NCBI GenBank assembly: GCA_012295275.1
Contig: CM022675.1
Location: 10,974,001-11,038,000 of the forward strand
Reading direction: 5' to 3'
DNA: 64,000 nt
Source: Chrysomallon squamiferum
Lineage: Eukaryota; Animalia; Mollusca
Below the pieces are notes generated by a model. It did no database searches, had not been told where the DNA came from, and worked only from the letters and a program-made list of their open reading frames with translations. Positions 58,731 through 64,000 of the stretch are shown piece by piece (positions within the stretch are counted from its first letter, which is position 1; the number at the start of each line of letters is the position of its first letter). The position numbers and the translations under genes are program-made.

Positions 58731-59544
58731 TTTCGAGCGTAATCGAATGATTAACTCAGATAAGGCTTGCTTGTACAAGATTAAAAGTTTCGCTTCCGTC
58801 AAATGGGTAACTAATTTATTGGAAGCCGTTTCGCGCGTTGCAATGCCGTATCGCAGGAGAAAGTGAAAATTTATGGTAACGACTTTTCTCTCCGTTTGAC
58901 CAGATAGCCAAGGCCGGGCGGGCAATTATTACGCGATTTTGCAGATTTACGTTTAATACTCCTATTGCAAAAAGAAAATGATTAATTAACTCAACAAACA
59001 AACAACAACAACATTAGAACATGGTATGTACATAATTATACAAAATACAACCACGCATGTACACATATGTACAGAAATACACACACACAAACACACACAC
59101 AGACACACACACACACATATAATCATAAAAAAATAAAATAATAAAATAAATAATAATAATAATAATAAAAGAAACCAATCGACTGCAAAAGTAACTAGAT
59201 ATTCAAATCTAAAGAATCAAACAAAAAGTAAAGTGATAATTGAATAAATAATTAAAAAAATAGAAAAATTAAAAGAATAATACAAAGAAATATAATTGAA
59301 AAGTAAAAGAAAAAAAAAGGAAAAAAAAAGAAAAAGAACCGAAAGGAAATATCAAAAGAACAAAGTAAGAAGAAATAAAGTACATAATGATATTGAAAAG
59401 AAGATTAAAGGAAATTGTAAAAAATACTTAATTCCGAAAACAACAAGAAACAAACATTGTTTAAATAGAAATATTTAAATAAAATAAAAAAATAATTGTA
59501 GCAATAATAATACTAACTACTACTAATAATAATAATAATAATAA

Positions 59545-59579
<35 letters not shown>

Positions 59580-60476
59580 ATAGTAGTAGTGTAGTAGTAG
59601 TAGTAGGAATAATAATAACAACAACAACAATAAATAATAATACTAATATTAATAATAAATAAATAAATAAGAGTCAGTGATTGTAATAACATAAAGTAGT
59701 AATAAAATAAAATGAAGTGAAAGAAATAATAAACAGAAATGAGAAAAAAAAAAAATGAAATCGTTTTGAACTTCAGTGACCTTTGCAAAAAGTTGTTTCA
59801 TTTCACTTGGGGTCAATGAAACTTAATGGAGAATTTTTTTTTTTTTTTTTTTTAAAGATTTATTATTATTATTGTTTTACTTATCATTGTGACAATATAG
59901 CGTAATATATAAACGAATATTATTTATCATAGGAGTATGATCTTGAAAAAGAAGAAAAAAAAACAGAGAAAAGAAAAAGAAAAGAAAAAACAAAGAAAAA
60001 ATGAAAATGAAAAGTAATGAAATAATGAAAAAAAGAAAAAAAAAATAGGATGGAAGAAAGAAAAAAGCTCAGAATATATATATATATATATATAAAAGAA
60101 ATATAAGAAAGAAAATTAAAAAAGGAATAATAAATAAATAAATAAACAAAAGAAAAAGAAAAAAATACTGAATGAAAGAAATAAAATAATAACAAATTAA
60201 TAAATCAGTGTCTAACAGACCGCTGTACAGAAAAAACATCTACGACAGAAACATAGATGGAATAACAGACAAATACACAGACTAAAAAATAAAAAATAAA
60301 AAAAAAATTAAACAAAAAATAATTAAATACTAAGTAAATCTACCGACACACGGAGACGAATGGAAGAGCAAATTATTAAAATTATTTATTTAAGTAAAAT
60401 ATGTTGAAAGTAGTGTTTTGAAAGAAAGGCATGCAATACGAAATGTTATCGGCGACAATGAATTATGCGCGTTTAT

Positions 60477-60534
60477 TACAACACGTGTATTAACCCGTCT
60501 TATACAACACGTGTATTAACCCGTCTTATACAAC
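60477..60534. repeat. Perfect 26-bp tandem duplication (2.2 copies)
   Basis: TACAACACGTGTATTAACCCGTCTTA at 60477-60502 and 60503-60528. Confidence 0.95.
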
Positions 60535-61159
60535 GCACCTGTGTATTTGCAAAACTCACGTCATTGTAGTCATTGATTACACCGGGCGCATTATTACTGC
60601 GATCAAACAAACACACACCTGCCACGCCCTCAGCAAGCTAAAAAAATTATATACATTGATTTTAACAATGCGAAATGTTAATGACATTTGAAATGTAGAA
60701 AAACTCTTTTTTTATTTTTTTATTTTTTTTTATTATTTTTTTTTAATCTGTGTTCGCGATCAGGGACAGACAGAGAGAGACATAAAAAAATAAAAATGTA
60801 TTTTATTATATCATAAACATAGAATTATAAATCTGTCCTGTTAAGTATTCAAACCCGTTAGCTAAGCTATGCAGGTGTGTTGTATGTAAACAGTTATAAA
60901 TATTACACTTGAAATTTCGTTACTGTTCCTGAGCAAGATTAAATATCTGAATGAGCACGTAATTAGGTGAAAAAAAAGAAGGTTATTGAGGAAATAATAT
61001 AAGAAAAATATATAATAGATGGACAAGTAGATAAATATGTACTAAAATAAACAAATAAACTGAATTAATTAATAATTAAATTGATTAATACTTGATGATA
61101 ATAATTTTGATGATGAGGCGCTGATAATAATAATAGTAAGTAAGTAAGTAAGTAAGTAA

Positions 61160-61210
<51 letters not shown>

Positions 61211-61609
61211 GTGATAGTAGTAATAATAAAATAATAATTTAATAATAATATGTTTATCCTTTTATATGTCAAAATATAAAATGTTTAAAAGTAAACAACA
61301 AAACAATAAAAAAAAAATTAAAATCTCGAGGAAAAAAAATCTAATATATAAATAAAACGTTACGCGAAATAACAGCATGTAATTTTTATGCAAATGTAAA
61401 ACGTAATATATTCTGAAGTCACAACAGTAAGACGTCATATGTGAAATTTTCGTTTTATTTATTGCACATAAATACACATTACATTTTATTACGACGACAA
61501 TACTTATTGCATCTAAATAAATTGGAATATTAAAATATTTGAAAAAAAAAAAAGAAAGATATTTTGCGAAATAAAGAAAAGGGGGAAAATAATTGTAATT
61601 AATGATTTT

Positions 61610-61654
<45 letters not shown>

Positions 61655-62124
61655 GTAATAATAAATAAATAAATAAATAAATAGTATTCAGAAACTTAAC
61701 TTTTCTTATTTTATTATATATATATATATCTGTGAATGTGTGTTTATCCATGCATGTCTTTCTTTGTACGTGTACATGCATGTATTCCTGTTTATCATTC
61801 ATTCATATATTATTTAGCTAAACATTTGGGAATCACTTACTGCTTTTTAATTACATATCGTTCAAAGTTTTTTTTTTCTTTTATGTAAGCCTTCCGACAA
61901 ACTAATGTTATAATTTAAAAACAAATATATATATATATATTATTATATATCTTATATATTGTTATTTTTTTCCTTTATTTTTTATTTTCGTTTTCTTCTT
62001 TTTTCTTTTTCTTTTTTTTTAAATACATCTAGTTATTTTTTTTCAGTTTATTATTACAACAAACTATATATTAATTTTTTTAAACAAAAATTCTACTTGA
62101 TACTAGACTTGTCCCTGAACCATA

Positions 62125-62278
62125 AAGGTTGAGTTACTTTTACGATGAATGTCAAATTAAGTGTTGTTTCTAATGACCTATCAGATTGCAGTTTTGAGAC
62201 GTATGCAAGTCTGTGTGTGGTCTGTAAATGATATTGTATTTTACGTGTAACAGTCACCATAGCTTTTCTTATATCTGA

Positions 62279-62283
<5 letters not shown>
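62125..62283 (+). mobile_element. Short dispersed repeat, copy 2 (followed by a TAT tail to about 62319)
   Basis: Near-identical to 12598-12755. Confidence 0.65.
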
Positions 62284-62321
<38 letters not shown>

Positions 62322-62552
62322 GTTTTTTAAATTTGTTGAATGTTTAATTTCAACAATTGTTGTATTAAACTAATTTTGATCTCTGTTGCTACATAAAAAA
62401 AATTATAATTCAAATATAAAATTATATAGTAAGTAGTGTGTGTCATCACAATGAACGTATTAAGTAATTAACTATAATGAAAATACCATTGTTATGATGT
62501 GAGGGGTTTTCATTATGAAAGGAGATTTTAAATATGTCTGAAAGTAATAACA

Positions 62553-62608
<56 letters not shown>

Positions 62609-63004
62609 CCAATAAACGAATTAATATTTAAAACGAAAAATATATCTATATATACTAAATAATAATAATAATAAAATAATTATAAAAAAAAGACATTGTC
62701 TTTTTTCCTGTTGTTGACCTAGTCATGGAAATATCATTATCTATAATTAAACAACAATTTTACATAATACTGTATACTTACACATAAATACATACAAAGA
62801 TGATATGAAATACACAAATGCTTCCATATATATATATTATATAAATTGAGCACTTGAATTATTACTAATATAACAAAGATATAATCATATTTTGGTTGTA
62901 ATTTTTAATTCTGCACAATTTATACATACCTGTTGAATGGTCTTTATTGTTACTGTGTAGATAAACAAATGAATGCTTGAGTATGTAAAAATTTATTAAT
63001 GTAT

Positions 63005-63081
<77 letters not shown>

Positions 63082-63657
63082 CGGACGTATGCTTTCGAAA
63101 TAAGTAGTCATGTTGTATCTAAAACAAATATTTAATTCCTGAATTTGTTTTACCAATGTGATATCCCATTACTTGAGTTAACATATATATATCAATATAT
63201 ATACATACACACACACATACCCATGCATGTACAAACTGTGCAAAATTAAAAAAAAACAGTACCCAGGATATTTATATTTCAGTGCATCCTTCAAAATATA
63301 ATAACAATTTCATTTTTTTACGCTAACAGAAATATTTTTACCCTTTTGACCGAAAACATGACAATTAATTATAAACCGCCGTAACGACTGCGACTTTTGG
63401 TATCAGTTATCGTATAGAAGCGGATAAAGAACAGCGTTCGGCCATAACAGATTTAGACCCCATTACGTTACGTCCCGCGCACTCTCGCCTTCACAAGTTT
63501 ACGTAACCGATGAGGTCACGTCCCCCCATTTATCCAATCCTGTTGCGCAAGACACAGATAGCGATACCAATCGGCCAATCGTGCGGCAGTGGGTGTGGCA
63601 GATACAAATCAATCTGTCGGCAGTGGTTGACATTTATGGGCAATTTCCCCCGTGGTT

Positions 63658-63999
<342 letters not shown>

Positions 64000-64000
64000 T

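Noticed and set aside
62943-63136. Candidate Antp poly(A) signals (minus-strand ATTAAA at 63136, AATAAA at 62997 and 62948)
   Set aside because: These hexamers are ubiquitous in this AT-rich DNA; the true 3' end cannot be chosen from sequence alone.

Overview
AT-rich, microsatellite-saturated eukaryotic DNA from the middle of an animal Hox cluster, most likely lophotrochozoan (mollusc- or annelid-like; the taxon is an inference from gene content). Two Hox gene fragments lie on the minus strand at the window ends. Coding exon 1 of a central-class Hox gene (MSSYY start, YPWMR hexapeptide, phase-1 GTGAGT donor; 4148-4706) is most probably Lox5; its homeobox lies left of the window. The homeobox exon of Antp/Hox7 is at 63658-63905; its exon 1 lies right of the window. 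The ~59 kb between them has no credible protein-coding gene or intact transposon ORF. Almost all other ORFs in the supplied track are translations of simple repeats. The interval alternates between microsatellite tracts and about 20 short CpG-containing unique-sequence islands that look like cis-regulatory modules (Hox/TALE, E-box, NF-Y, YY1/PHO, RFX, bZIP, POU and nuclear-receptor motifs). The best candidates for something undescribed are an orphan promoter-like island at 58.6 kb that resembles the Lox5 promoter, a perfectly flanked antisense exon at 45.1 kb, an array of GTGAGT motifs at 9.3-9.5 kb, nested inverted repeats at 17.8-17.9 kb, and a near-identical 158-bp element present twice 49.5 kb apart. 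All regulatory calls are by-eye motif matches and need cross-species or experimental support.
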